From positions 1-64,000 of the IMG/VR virus record IMGVR_UViG_3300021520_000002: 64,000 nucleotides of DNA; one strand, given 5' to 3'. Shown here piece after piece: positions 7,806-17,583 of the stretch (position 1 is its first letter; each line of letters starts with the position of its first letter). The position numbers were made by a program, and so were the translations under genes. The notes beneath the pieces are model-generated. The model saw only the letters and a program-made list of their open reading frames with translations. It was not told where the DNA came from and did no database searches.

Positions 7806-10565
7806 ATGTTAACTGAAGACATAAAAAATAAATATCAAATTCAAAGAGAAAAAGCGGCAGCAGATCTTGCCGAAATAAAAAATATAATAACTTTAATAGA
7901 AAAGAAAGACAGTCAAATAAAAGAGAAATGTGATTTTTTACAAACTCTAGTTGATAGTTTACCAACTCCAATTTATGTTAAAGATCTTAATTTAAGATAT
8001 AAAGTTTGTAATGATGCTTTAGCCATTTTAATGGGAGTTAATAGAGAAAGTATTATCGGCAAAACTCTAACAGAGATCTATTCAGATAATGATGAAAGTA
8101 GATTTATGTATGAAAAAGATATGGAACTTCTTGAAAATGGTGGAACACAAACTTTCGATTATGAAATTGCTGGGATAGGTAAACATCCACAAATTTTAAA
8201 TTTTAACAGATCTATATTTAGAGATGAAAATAGACAGATTGCTGGTATTATTGGTTCTTGTTTTGATATAACTGATAGAGTTAAAAAAGAAAAAGAACTT
8301 AGGGTAGAAAGAGAAAAATTTTATAATGCTTTTGATCAGAGTCCTATACCTAAAGTAATAATACAATATGGAACAGGATTAATTTTAGAGATCAACGAAA
8401 CAGCATTAGAAATGTTTGGTTTTACTCGAGAAGAAATTAAAGACAAAACTGTATATGATTTAAGAACGAATAGTGGAAAATCATTAATTAAAGATTATCA
8501 AGATTTTACTCAAGAATTTTTCTTAAGTCAATTAGATGAAAATAATGGTAGAATTAAAAGTATTGATATTATTATATATACTAAAAATGATGAAGAAAAA
8601 GTTATAGCACTTTCAGCTTCAAAGTATCGAGTTAATGGTGGATTTTGTGTTTTATCTATTTTAAAAGATATTACATATCGAGTATTAGCTGAAAATAAGG
8701 TAAAACAAATTCAACGTAATTATGAAATATTTTTTAACACAATTAATGAATTTCTTTTTGTTCTTGATGAAAATGGAAATATCATTCATATGAATTCGAC
8801 AGTTATTGATCGTCTTGGATATACTAAAGAAGAACTTAAATGTATGAATATTATTTCTCTTCATCCAATTGAACGTCAGGATGATACTAAAAAAATTATT
8901 AGAGATATGCTTGATAAAATTATATCAATATGTCCAATTCCAATCATTACAAAACAAGGCATTCAAATACCAGTTGAAACAAAAATTGCACATGGAGTTT
9001 GGAATGATAAACCTGTAATTTTTGGTGTTTCAAAAGATATTTCAGATCTTAAACTATCAGAAGAAAAATTTTCAAAATTATTTTATATTAATCCGACTGT
9101 TTGTGGTTTAAGTGAATTTGATTCTCATCGATATATTGATGTTAATGAAGCTTTTTATACTTTGCTTGGTTTTGAAAAAGACGAAGTTATTGGTAAAACA
9201 GTACATGAATTAAATATTATAACTCATGATCAAATGAATAAAATATTATTAAATGCTGATATTAATGGAAATATAAAGAATATTGAATCTGATATAAGAT
9301 CTAAAAATGGTAATATAAAACATGTTATATTTTCTTCAGAGAGTTTTTTTGTTCAAGATAAAAAATATCGGTTTGTAGTAGTTCAGGATATTACTGAAAG
9401 AAAAAGAATGGAACAAGAAAATATTAAAATAAAAGAAGAATGGGAAGAAACTTTTAATGTTGTTCCTGAGCTTATTGCTATTTTAGATAATGATCATACT
9501 ATAATTAGAGTTAACAAATCTTTTACCGATAGATTTAATAATTCAATGGATTATTTTATCGGCAAGAAATGTTATGAAATTGTTCATAATAATGATAATG
9601 TACCAGAAGAATGTCCACATGCTCAATTATTATTAGATGGAAAACAACATGTTCAGGAAGGATATGATAATCTTCTTAAAGGTTATTTTATAGTAACTTG
9701 TTCTCCAATATTTAATGATAATAAAGAATTGATTGGAAGTGTACATTCAATGATTGATATTACTAAGAGGAAAGAAACAGAAGATAAACTTAAAGAAATT
9801 AGTGAACAATACCAAACTGCTATAGAATTATCAAATGATGCTGTAGCTATTGTTCAAGATGGTAAACATGTTTTTGTTAATAAAAGATTTTTAGAAATTT
9901 TTGGAATTGATTCTTTTGAAGATATTATTGGTAAAGAATATATTAATGTTTATCATAATGATATTGAATTTGTTAGAGATATAAATAGAAGAAGAACTGA
10001 AGGATTAAGAGTACCAAGTAAATATGAATTTAGAGGTTTAAAACTTGGTGATAGAAGAAGTATGTGTATTGAAGTTTCAGCGGCAAAAATTACTTATAAA
10101 GGTAGAGTGGCTACTTTATCATATCTAAGAGATGTTACTGAAAGAAAGAGATATGAGCAATTTCAAAATTTGCCGATATCAACTTTAGATACTATTCCAG
10201 AAATGGTTTGTAGACACGATTCTAATTTTAAATTTACATACGCTAATGAAACATATTGTAAGTTTATTGGTAAGACAAGAGAAAAACTTGAAACTATGAC
10301 TTTATTTGATTTTATGCCATCAGAAGAAGTTGAAAGAGTAAAAGATTATTTAGCTTCTTTTTCAGTTAATAAAACATCTAGTAGTATAGTTAATAAAGTA
10401 ATATTATATAGTGGAGAAATTGTTTACATATATTGGATGAATAGAGCATTTTTCGATTCTGATAATCAATTAATTGAATTACAATCGATAGGTAGAGTTA
10501 GTGATGTATTCGAAATAGAAGATAAGTCAAATAGAAGATTGGATAAGAAAAATTTGGAGAGATAA
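7806..10565 (+). CDS. Multi-PAS/PAC domain protein (about 7 PAS domains), no kinase or GGDEF output domain
   Basis: Six PAC ends (DITDR, DITYR, DISDL, DITER, DITKR, DVTER) plus a seventh PAS (IPEMVCRHD...YANETYC...WMNRAFFD...QSIGR). No H-box or GGDEF follows. Confidence 0.85.
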   Translation: MLTEDIKNKYQIQREKAAADLAEIKNIITLIEKKDSQIKEKCDFLQTLVDSLPTPIYVKDLNLRYKVCNDALAILMGVNRESIIGKTLTEIYSDNDESRFMYEKDMELLENGGTQTFDYEIAGIGKHPQILNFNRSIFRDENRQIAGIIGSCFDITDRVKKEKELRVEREKFYNAFDQSPIPKVIIQYGTGLILEINETALEMFGFTREEIKDKTVYDLRTNSGKSLIKDYQDFTQEFFLSQLDENNGRIKSIDIIIYTKNDEEKVIALSASKYRVNGGFCVLSILKDITYRVLAENKVKQIQRNYEIFFNTINEFLFVLDENGNIIHMNSTVIDRLGYTKEELKCMNIISLHPIERQDDTKKIIRDMLDKIISICPIPIITKQGIQIPVETKIAHGVWNDKPVIFGVSKDISDLKLSEEKFSKLFYINPTVCGLSEFDSHRYIDVNEAFYTLLGFEKDEVIGKTVHELNIITHDQMNKILLNADINGNIKNIESDIRSKNGNIKHVIFSSESFFVQDKKYRFVVVQDITERKRMEQENIKIKEEWEETFNVVPELIAILDNDHTIIRVNKSFTDRFNNSMDYFIGKKCYEIVHNNDNVPEECPHAQLLLDGKQHVQEGYDNLLKGYFIVTCSPIFNDNKELIGSVHSMIDITKRKETEDKLKEISEQYQTAIELSNDAVAIVQDGKHVFVNKRFLEIFGIDSFEDIIGKEYINVYHNDIEFVRDINRRRTEGLRVPSKYEFRGLKLGDRRSMCIEVSAAKITYKGRVATLSYLRDVTERKRYEQFQNLPISTLDTIPEMVCRHDSNFKFTYANETYCKFIGKTREKLETMTLFDFMPSEEVERVKDYLASFSVNKTSSSIVNKVILYSGEIVYIYWMNRAFFDSDNQLIELQSIGRVSDVFEIEDKSNRRLDKKNLER

Positions 10566-10570
10566 AGAAA

Positions 10571-10960
10571 ATGACAACAACTAAATGGATTTTAGTTTTA
10601 TTAGGTATTGTTGCTATATTTGGTTTAGCTTGGGGTGTTGATAATCATTTTAGAACTGCTAGTGAACAGAAACGTATTGATGCAGAAATTAAAAAGAAAA
10701 CGGATGAAATTACAAAAACATACACTGATCAAAAAACAGTTCTTGAAGGTCAAGTTACTAACAAGCAAAATGAGATAGCTAATAAAAACATTTTACTGAA
10801 AGAGAAGGATAAGAAACTTAAAGAGTCTGAAACAAAGGTAGCAGCACTTCAAGTTGATAAAGTTAGGTTAGAAAAACTGTTAGCGTCAGTTCTTCTTCCT
10901 ACAAATATTGAAGAGACAAAGAAAAGGTTACAAGATTTAGGAGTTGTATTATGCAAATAA
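10571..10960 (+). CDS. Putative inner-membrane spanin (Rz-like)
   Basis: N-terminal TM helix plus long coiled coil; overlaps the next ORF. Confidence 0.5.
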   Translation: MTTTKWILVLLGIVAIFGLAWGVDNHFRTASEQKRIDAEIKKKTDEITKTYTDQKTVLEGQVTNKQNEIANKNILLKEKDKKLKESETKVAALQVDKVRLEKLLASVLLPTNIEETKKRLQDLGVVLCK

Positions 10961-11439
10961 AACCATTATATAAGTATTTAGTTTTTGCCTTTAGTATTTT
11001 AATGTTCATTTTTCTTTTATTAGCATCCACAGCATTTTCTCAAGAAATTAAAACAATACCAATTCAAACTTGTGTTCCGATAAATTCTGATTCTGCAGCT
11101 AAGATGGTTGTTGAATTAGAACAGTGTCGAATTAGAACACAGGAACTGGATAACATCAATTTACAAGCAGGTGAATTGGTAAAACAAGTAGTTACTTATA
11201 AAGAGCGTGAAGAAATATTTCTTCAGAAAGAGGAACTATATAAACAAATAATTGAATTACAGAAACAACAGATAGTTGCAGCTGAGACTGCTATGACCCA
11301 ATATAAAGAACATATTAAGTTTGTTCAGACAAGTTATCAACAATTATTAAAAGATGCTAAACCAAATCCTTTTGTAGATTTTTTAAAATCTCTTTTATTT
11401 ATGGGAGCTGGTGTAGCAGCAGGAGTTGCTATTCATTAG
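10951..11439 (+). CDS. Secreted/membrane coiled-coil protein, possible spanin partner
   Basis: Signal-peptide-like N-terminus (no clear lipobox), coiled coil, hydrophobic C-terminus. Confidence 0.4.
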   Translation: MQIKPLYKYLVFAFSILMFIFLLLASTAFSQEIKTIPIQTCVPINSDSAAKMVVELEQCRIRTQELDNINLQAGELVKQVVTYKEREEIFLQKEELYKQIIELQKQQIVAAETAMTQYKEHIKFVQTSYQQLLKDAKPNPFVDFLKSLLFMGAGVAAGVAIH

Positions 11440-11454
11440 AAATGGAGGTTAATT

Positions 11455-11781
11455 ATGTTAGAGAGATTTAGAGCAGTATTTAAAGATAGTTGGAATTGGA
11501 CAATGATAGAACTTGAGCGTATGTGGTTTGTATTAATACTTTCAATATTGATAATTGTTCCAAGTGATAATCGTAGTATTGTTATTTTTGCATTGGGTAT
11601 TGTTACATTAACTACAATTGTTATGCATTTAACAAGAAAAACAATTTGGAGTTATATTGATCTTAAAAAATTAGTCGAGAAAGCGGCAGAATCGTCTACA
11701 GGTGCTGCAGTTGTTGTAGCTGCTGTTATATATTTAATGGCAGTAACAATTCAGTCTGTAATGATATTTTTAAAACCATAG
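11455..11781 (+). CDS. Putative holin (3 TM helices)
   Basis: 108 aa with three hydrophobic segments; WSYIDLKKLVEKAAESSTGAAVV loop; lies near the spanin-like and endolysin genes. Confidence 0.55.
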   Translation: MLERFRAVFKDSWNWTMIELERMWFVLILSILIIVPSDNRSIVIFALGIVTLTTIVMHLTRKTIWSYIDLKKLVEKAAESSTGAAVVVAAVIYLMAVTIQSVMIFLKP

Positions 11782-11788
11782 AAAGGGG

Positions 11789-12178
11789 GTGTGGTTGATC
11801 AAACGTTATATTGCTTATTTGGTTCGGTGGCAATTGTCGACACCTATTCTTGCACCTATAGTTGCTTACTTCAAACATTCACCAGGATTATTTGGTACTT
11901 TTGAAGATTGGATTGGTTCAGCAGTTGCTAATTTAGTTGGTGGATTAATCTTTTTCTGGATTGATAGATTTATATTTTATCATAAACTTAATTTTCCAAT
12001 ATGGCAGATAGAACAAGAAATAATATGTCATGATTGTGGTAAATTAGGAAGAGGTTATCGTTTAGTAAAAGATGATAATCTTAAATATGATAGAACTAAA
12101 GATTTACAACCAGAATTTAGATGTGAATATTGTTCCAAAATAAAACACAATACAATTTGTGTATCAGAATTAAATTAA
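11789..12178 (+). CDS. Membrane protein with C-terminal Cys4 zinc finger
   Basis: Hydrophobic N-terminal half; CHDC...CEYC. Confidence 0.5.
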   Translation: MWLIKRYIAYLVRWQLSTPILAPIVAYFKHSPGLFGTFEDWIGSAVANLVGGLIFFWIDRFIFYHKLNFPIWQIEQEIICHDCGKLGRGYRLVKDDNLKYDRTKDLQPEFRCEYCSKIKHNTICVSELN

Positions 12179-12196
12179 ATAAGGAGAAACAGAGAA

Positions 12197-12367
12197 ATGT
12201 CAGATGATAAGATAGTTTGTAAAGAATGTAACGAAGAATTTGAATTTACGGAAGGTGAACAGAAGTTTTTTGCCGATAAAGGATTTCCCGCACCTATAAG
12301 ATGTCCTGAATGTCGTAAGTCTAAAAAATCTAATGGCAATAAAAGTCAAGATGGTAACAAAAAATAA
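12197..12367 (+). CDS. Small zinc-ribbon protein (zf-trcl-like), absent from the ORF track
   Basis: AAGGAG RBS; MSDDKIVCKECNEEFEFTEGEQKFFADKGFPAPIRCPECRKSKK..., 56 aa. Confidence 0.75.
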   Translation: MSDDKIVCKECNEEFEFTEGEQKFFADKGFPAPIRCPECRKSKKSNGNKSQDGNKK

Positions 12368-12749
12368 AAGAAGAAAGAGATATCAATATAAAGGTAAAAG
12401 AATATCGAAGGGTGAAAAACGAGTTGCCCAGTTCTTAGACACGTATAATATAAACTACATAAGAGAATATAAATTCCTTGATTGTCTTAGTGAACTGGGT
12501 AACCCTCTTCGTTTTGATTTTTATTTACCAACATTTAATTTATTAATTGAATATGACGGAATGCAACATTTTAAGCCGATAAATAAATATCCAAAGGCAA
12601 AAAAATCTCATATACTAACAGTAGTTCATGATTATATTAAAAAGGTATATGTTGAGAAAAATAATATTTATTTTTTTAGAATTTCATATAAAGATTATGA
12701 AAATATTGAAACATTATTAAAACAGTTTTTAAACATAGGAGAGAACTAG
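12333..12749 (+). CDS. PD-(D/E)XK (DUF559/Vsr-like) endonuclease
   Basis: SKGE...LRFDFYLP...LIEYDGMQHF...RISY. Confidence 0.75.
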   Translation: MAIKVKMVTKNKRRKRYQYKGKRISKGEKRVAQFLDTYNINYIREYKFLDCLSELGNPLRFDFYLPTFNLLIEYDGMQHFKPINKYPKAKKSHILTVVHDYIKKVYVEKNNIYFFRISYKDYENIETLLKQFLNIGEN

Positions 12750-12752
12750 AAA

Positions 12753-13337
12753 ATGATAAGAGAAATAAAAATAGATGTAAATAATCATCCATTTAAATTA
12801 GAAGAAGTATTATATGGTAATGAATTTGTACAATTATCGGAAAGAGTTTTATTATGTCATTTAGCGGCAGAATGTACTGGAAATATTTTAGAAATTGGTT
12901 GTAATAAAGGAATAACAACACGTATGCTTGCTTTAAATAATCCATATAAAATTATTTATGGAGTTGATTATGTTGAAGAGAATACAGGTGATCTTCAACA
13001 AGCTGCAGAAAAACCACCAGAAATAGCTATGTATGCTAGGGATCTTAAAAATGTAGTATTACTTGACTTGGATTCAAGGAAACTTAACTATGATTTATTA
13101 TTTCAGAATGTTGAATTAATATTTCTTGATGGAAATCACACATATGATTTTGTTAAAATTGATAGTGAAAAAGCTCTTAGTTATATGAAGAAAAGAGGTA
13201 GTGGAACAATTATATGGCACGATTATTGGAAGCCACAACCATGGATAGGTGTAATGGATTATGTAGATCAATTCATAGCACCAAATTATGAAATGATTAA
13301 AATTGGGGGAATGGTCGCTTGCCGATTTAAATTCTAA
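12753..13337 (+). CDS. Class I SAM-dependent methyltransferase (Methyltransf_24-like)
   Basis: ILEIGCNKG; LIFLDGNHTYD; GTIIWHDY. Confidence 0.8.
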   Translation: MIREIKIDVNNHPFKLEEVLYGNEFVQLSERVLLCHLAAECTGNILEIGCNKGITTRMLALNNPYKIIYGVDYVEENTGDLQQAAEKPPEIAMYARDLKNVVLLDLDSRKLNYDLLFQNVELIFLDGNHTYDFVKIDSEKALSYMKKRGSGTIIWHDYWKPQPWIGVMDYVDQFIAPNYEMIKIGGMVACRFKF

Positions 13338-13347
13338 GGTGGTAATT

Positions 13348-14130
13348 ATGAAGATTATTAGAATAATTTTAATGATAGTTATGGCTGGAGTAATTTTATG
13401 TTTTATTATTGGTGATTTATTTCCACAGGATAAAATTCCACCAAATTCAGTTCAATATCTTCCAGTACTTAAACAATTACTTGAAAGAGATTGGCCGCAA
13501 GGAACTCCTAAATCTTTAATGGCTGGTCAAGTTGAACAAGAGACTTGTATATCTTTAACTCATAAAAAATGTTGGTCACCAACAGCTGAATTAAAGACAA
13601 GTAGAGAATATGGCTTTGGATTAGGTCAAATAACTATTGCGTATGATGCTTCAGGTAAAGAACGTTTTAATAATTTTTTAGATGTTAAAAAAATAGATAA
13701 AAGATTAGAGAAGTGGGAATGGACTGATAGATATAATCCAAATTATCAACTACAAGCTTTAGTTATGAAAGATAGATATAATTATAATCTTATGAAAGGT
13801 TGGGCTGCTGATCACGAGAATAAGATGAATTTTACAATGAATGCTTATAATGGTGGTCTTGGTGGATTAATAAAAGATAGACAATTATGTCAAACTAAAG
13901 CTAATTGTAATCCAAATATTTGGTTTGGTAATGTTGCATTATATTCTTATAAAGCTAAAAATAAAGTTGCTGGCTATGGTAAATCGTTTTTTGAGATTAA
14001 TAGAGAATATGTTGATAATATTAGAAATAAGAGAAGTGCTAAATATACTAGTTATTTAGAACCATTACCGGCAAAAAAAGAAATCTTGCCGGTTAAAAAA
14101 GATTGTTGGATAACTTTAATATTTAAATAA
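13348..14130 (+). CDS. Lytic transglycosylase (SLT-like) endolysin with N-terminal signal/anchor
   Basis: ATG at 13348 after AAGGTGG; hydrophobic N-terminus; QVEQE (catalytic Glu), GFGLGQ, AYNGG, NREYV. Confidence 0.75.
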   Translation: MKIIRIILMIVMAGVILCFIIGDLFPQDKIPPNSVQYLPVLKQLLERDWPQGTPKSLMAGQVEQETCISLTHKKCWSPTAELKTSREYGFGLGQITIAYDASGKERFNNFLDVKKIDKRLEKWEWTDRYNPNYQLQALVMKDRYNYNLMKGWAADHENKMNFTMNAYNGGLGGLIKDRQLCQTKANCNPNIWFGNVALYSYKAKNKVAGYGKSFFEINREYVDNIRNKRSAKYTSYLEPLPAKKEILPVKKDCWITLIFK

Positions 14131-14147
14131 AAATAGGAAAAATAAAA

Positions 14148-15839
14148 ATGATAAGAGAAATAAAAATAGATTTTTTAGAAAGAGTGAGAGTTGAAATTCT
14201 TGGAGAACCAGATGGTAATAAATATTTGGTAGAATTTATTAATCAAGATACTAGAATATTAGAATATTCAAGAGAGATGTATATTAATAATTGGGCAGTT
14301 TATATTAAATCATATTTTGTTAATTGGTTAATAAGAGTTACTGGACCAAATTATAAATATGAATATAAATATGATTGTACTGATAAAAAAGTAGTTGTTT
14401 ATTTTTCAGGTACAGGATTAGGTGATGCAATTGCTTGGTTACCAGCTTGTGTGGAATTTGTTAAGAAACATAATTGTAATTTATATGTTATGACAAATTG
14501 GGCAAAATTATTTAGTAAAGTTTATCCTGAAATCAACTTTGTAAATTTTGCCGATACAACAAATGAATATGCTCGATATAGAATTAATCTTTATCATAAT
14601 GATAAGAATAGAAATCACCAACCAAATGATTGGAGAACAATTCCTTTACAACAAATATCATCTGATATTCTTGGAATAGAATATAAAGAATCTGCTCCTA
14701 AAATAGATGTTAGTAATATAAAAACTTCTATGGTAAAAAGACCAAAAAAATATGTTTGTATATCTGAACATACTGCTTTAGGTTATTGTAAGTTATGGCA
14801 TTATCCAGGAGGATGGCAAGAAGTTGTTGATTATTTAATATCTAAAGATTATGAGGTTGTTGTTATAAGTACAGAACCAACTAAATTAGTTAATGTAATT
14901 GATATGACAAACAATTCTATTGAAGTTACTATGGGATTGTTAATGAATTGTGAGTTTTATATTGGAGTAGCATCTGGTTTAGCTTGGTTATCATGGACTT
15001 TAGGTAAGAGAGTTATTATGTTTTCTGGATTCAGTTTACCGTGGTGTGAGTTTCAAACAAACAACTATAGAATTTCTGGTGTAGGAAATTGTGTAGGTTG
15101 TTTACATGATGTATTTATCGACACATCCAGGTGGAACTCAAACTGTCCCAGAAACCAAGATAACACTTGTACTAAACAAATAACACCAAAGATGGTAACT
15201 AATATGATTGATAGATTGGTTCCATCAATAAACATTCCAATAAGTTCATTTCAAGGAGATTATGTGTTTGAAACTACAAAGGCAAATAAAAGAAGACAAA
15301 AGATAGAATTATTTCATAGAATTTTTAAAGGAAAAGGAATTGATATTGGTGCTGGTCAAGATAATGTAAATAAAGATAATATTTTTAAAGATGTTGAGTA
15401 TTGTGAGAGTTTTGATGTTGGACATGGAGATGCTCAATATATAAATTCTTATAAGCCAGAAAATTTTTATGATTTTGTACATAGTTCACATTGTTTAGAA
15501 CATATGGTTGATCCTTTTGAAGCTATTAAAAATTGGTTTTCTTTAGTTAAACCAGGTGGTTATTTAGTAGTTACAGTTCCAGATGAAGATTTATATGAAC
15601 AAGGATATTGGCCATCAAAGTTTTCAACATGTCACAATTGGACTATGACAATTAATAAAGAAAAATCATGGAGTCCAAAATCAGTTAATGTTTTAGGACT
15701 AATTCAATCTCTTGAAAAATATGAAATTATTAAAATTGAATTAGTTGATGTGAATTATAATTATTCTTTAAAGAATTTCGATCAATGTTTAAATGAAGCA
15801 GAATGTTGTGTTGAATTTATAATTCGTAAAAAAGAATAA
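14148..15839 (+). CDS. Aah/TibC-like (BAHT, GT9-related) glycosyltransferase fused to a C-terminal SAM methyltransferase
   Basis: GLGDAIAWLP, KLWHYPGGWQ, YIGVASGLAWLSW, SGFSLPWCEF, CxxC...CP...CT iron-finger cysteines; then IDIGAG...HSSHCLEH...KPGG. Confidence 0.75.
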   Translation: MIREIKIDFLERVRVEILGEPDGNKYLVEFINQDTRILEYSREMYINNWAVYIKSYFVNWLIRVTGPNYKYEYKYDCTDKKVVVYFSGTGLGDAIAWLPACVEFVKKHNCNLYVMTNWAKLFSKVYPEINFVNFADTTNEYARYRINLYHNDKNRNHQPNDWRTIPLQQISSDILGIEYKESAPKIDVSNIKTSMVKRPKKYVCISEHTALGYCKLWHYPGGWQEVVDYLISKDYEVVVISTEPTKLVNVIDMTNNSIEVTMGLLMNCEFYIGVASGLAWLSWTLGKRVIMFSGFSLPWCEFQTNNYRISGVGNCVGCLHDVFIDTSRWNSNCPRNQDNTCTKQITPKMVTNMIDRLVPSINIPISSFQGDYVFETTKANKRRQKIELFHRIFKGKGIDIGAGQDNVNKDNIFKDVEYCESFDVGHGDAQYINSYKPENFYDFVHSSHCLEHMVDPFEAIKNWFSLVKPGGYLVVTVPDEDLYEQGYWPSKFSTCHNWTMTINKEKSWSPKSVNVLGLIQSLEKYEIIKIELVDVNYNYSLKNFDQCLNEAECCVEFIIRKKE

Positions 15840-15855
15840 ATTTTAAGAGGATGAT

Positions 15856-16551
15856 ATGATGTCTGTAATGTACTTATTTGAAGGTAAACCAGATAATCCA
15901 AACAGTGTAATTCTGTTGAATGAATACTATCCTAAAGGATTAACTCAACAACAAATCTATGATTATTACATGAATAATAAGAATAAGGTTCTCAATCAAG
16001 TTAAGAATAGAGAAGTGATGTTCTTTTTTGCAGTATCAAAGAATCAATTTATTGTTCGAAGAAAAGCTGCTGATGAATATTATAAACTTACTCCTGAGAA
16101 CTATGAAGACATGATTAATGGAAGAGTTGTATCAATTCATTCAACAATGAGTTCAAATGAAGAGTTTGGTATTATTGATATTGATTTTCATATTTTTGAT
16201 CAATGTAAGAAAGCTGCCGCTGAAATATATGATTATTTATTTAAGTTTTATAATAAGAATCTACAAATAAGATATACAGGTAAACAATCATTTCATATTG
16301 TTTATAATTTTAATAGATCATATAGAATTGAAACTGTTAAAGATTATTTGAAAGATGCTTTACATGGGCTTAATAAACAATATATTATTGGCGGCAAAAG
16401 ATCTGAAGAAAAAATAAATCTTGATCTTTCAAGTAATAAATATCGTGGTGGTTTTATTACTTTAAATTCATTATCAATAAATGGACTAAGATGTATGGAA
16501 ATAAAAAGAGAAGACTTAGACAAGTTTGTACAGAATCAGGCAAGAATCTAA
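15856..16551 (+). CDS. LigD-type primase-polymerase (AEP) domain protein with MxS leader
   Basis: LTQQQIYDYY, IIDID (DxD), YTGKQSFHI (motif II), INLD. Starts MMSVMYLFE. Confidence 0.65.
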   Translation: MMSVMYLFEGKPDNPNSVILLNEYYPKGLTQQQIYDYYMNNKNKVLNQVKNREVMFFFAVSKNQFIVRRKAADEYYKLTPENYEDMINGRVVSIHSTMSSNEEFGIIDIDFHIFDQCKKAAAEIYDYLFKFYNKNLQIRYTGKQSFHIVYNFNRSYRIETVKDYLKDALHGLNKQYIIGGKRSEEKINLDLSSNKYRGGFITLNSLSINGLRCMEIKREDLDKFVQNQARI

Positions 16552-16563
16552 GTTGGGGGTTTT

Positions 16564-16797
16564 ATGGTGTCTATATCTAATTTATTCGAAATCAATTTAA
16601 AATATGTGCCGATAGAAAAACAGAAAATGGGTGTAAGTGATAATTTTAAACATTATCTTGAAAGACTTAAATCAGATAGAGAAAAGATATTAGGTAAATC
16701 AGAAAGTGAAAATATTAATCCATTAAGACAATTTGGAAAAACAGAAACTGTAAATAGCAATCCAAATCCAATGAAACAGTTTGGGGTAGAAATATGA
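16564..16797 (+). CDS. MIS-leader family small protein
   Basis: Starts MVSISNLFE. Confidence 0.6.
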   Translation: MVSISNLFEINLKYVPIEKQKMGVSDNFKHYLERLKSDREKILGKSESENINPLRQFGKTETVNSNPNPMKQFGVEI

Positions 16798-17051
16798 TTA
16801 GTATAATTAATTTATTTGAAGAAATGAATATGGAAGTTCCTGGGAATTTTTCTGGAAGTGGAATAACCAGAGTAGTATCAAATAATAGTGGTGATGCACG
16901 AGAGGCAGAATTAGCAGCTTTCATGAAACGCCAAAGAGCAGCATTAAAAGAACAATCTGAATTACCACCAGGAGCAGAAAAAAGTCAAAAAAGACTTATG
17001 TTTAATCGTGGAGAAGAAATTAATGAGTTAGTAAGTAAATCAAAGAGGTAA
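16794..17051 (+). CDS. MIS-leader family small protein
   Basis: Starts MISIINLFE. Confidence 0.6.
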   Translation: MISIINLFEEMNMEVPGNFSGSGITRVVSNNSGDAREAELAAFMKRQRAALKEQSELPPGAEKSQKRLMFNRGEEINELVSKSKR

Positions 17052-17055
17052 TATT

Positions 17056-17247
17056 ATGATTAGTATTATATTTGAATTTAATTTTGATGATTTAAGTTTT
17101 GGTGGTGTCACTAGTAATGCTAAAAAATTAATAGCGGCAAAAACCGAACAAGATCAAAAACCAGGTTTACTTTCTAATATGTTAAAAAATAAAATTAAAG
17201 CAGGTATAGAAAATAAAATTAATACTTTAACTACAAAACCAATGTAA
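17056..17247 (+). CDS. MIS-leader family small protein
   Basis: Starts MISIIFE. Confidence 0.6.
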   Translation: MISIIFEFNFDDLSFGGVTSNAKKLIAAKTEQDQKPGLLSNMLKNKIKAGIENKINTLTTKPM

Positions 17248-17257
17248 GGGGTAAACT

Positions 17258-17464
17258 ATGATTAGTATTGTTGAAATGTTTAATACATCACCACAAGCTC
17301 TTTCCGATAAATGGAAATATTATAATAATGAAGCACAGAAATCTGGTAATATTGATTTACAAAATAAAGCTCAGAAAGCAGCAGCTCTTTCTAATGCCTC
17401 TTTATATCCTACTGGTTCAATATCATGGAAAAAATATATGGATAGAGCTAAAGGAGTTAATTGA
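17258..17464 (+). CDS. MIS-leader family small protein
   Basis: Starts MISIVE. Confidence 0.6.
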   Translation: MISIVEMFNTSPQALSDKWKYYNNEAQKSGNIDLQNKAQKAAALSNASLYPTGSISWKKYMDRAKGVN

Positions 17465-17583
17465 TGTTATCTATTATTGATTTATTTGAAACTAAACAAG
17501 ATAAAAAGAAAGAAAAAGAATCTGATAAATCAAAAACTAAAAAATATGATGAAGAACATGAAGGAGATGAAGACGATGATTAG
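17464..17583 (+). CDS. MIS-leader family 39-aa peptide, absent from the ORF track
   Basis: AAGGAG RBS; TGATG coupling with the upstream stop; MLSIIDLFETKQDKKKEKESDKSKTKKYDEEHEGDEDDD. Confidence 0.6.
   Translation: MLSIIDLFETKQDKKKEKESDKSKTKKYDEEHEGDEDDD

Noticed and set aside
17477-17575. Lys/Met-rich N-terminal extension of the LigD PE ORF in the track
   Set aside because: It overlaps the 17464-17583 peptide gene; the better start is ATG 17576 with an AAGGAG RBS.
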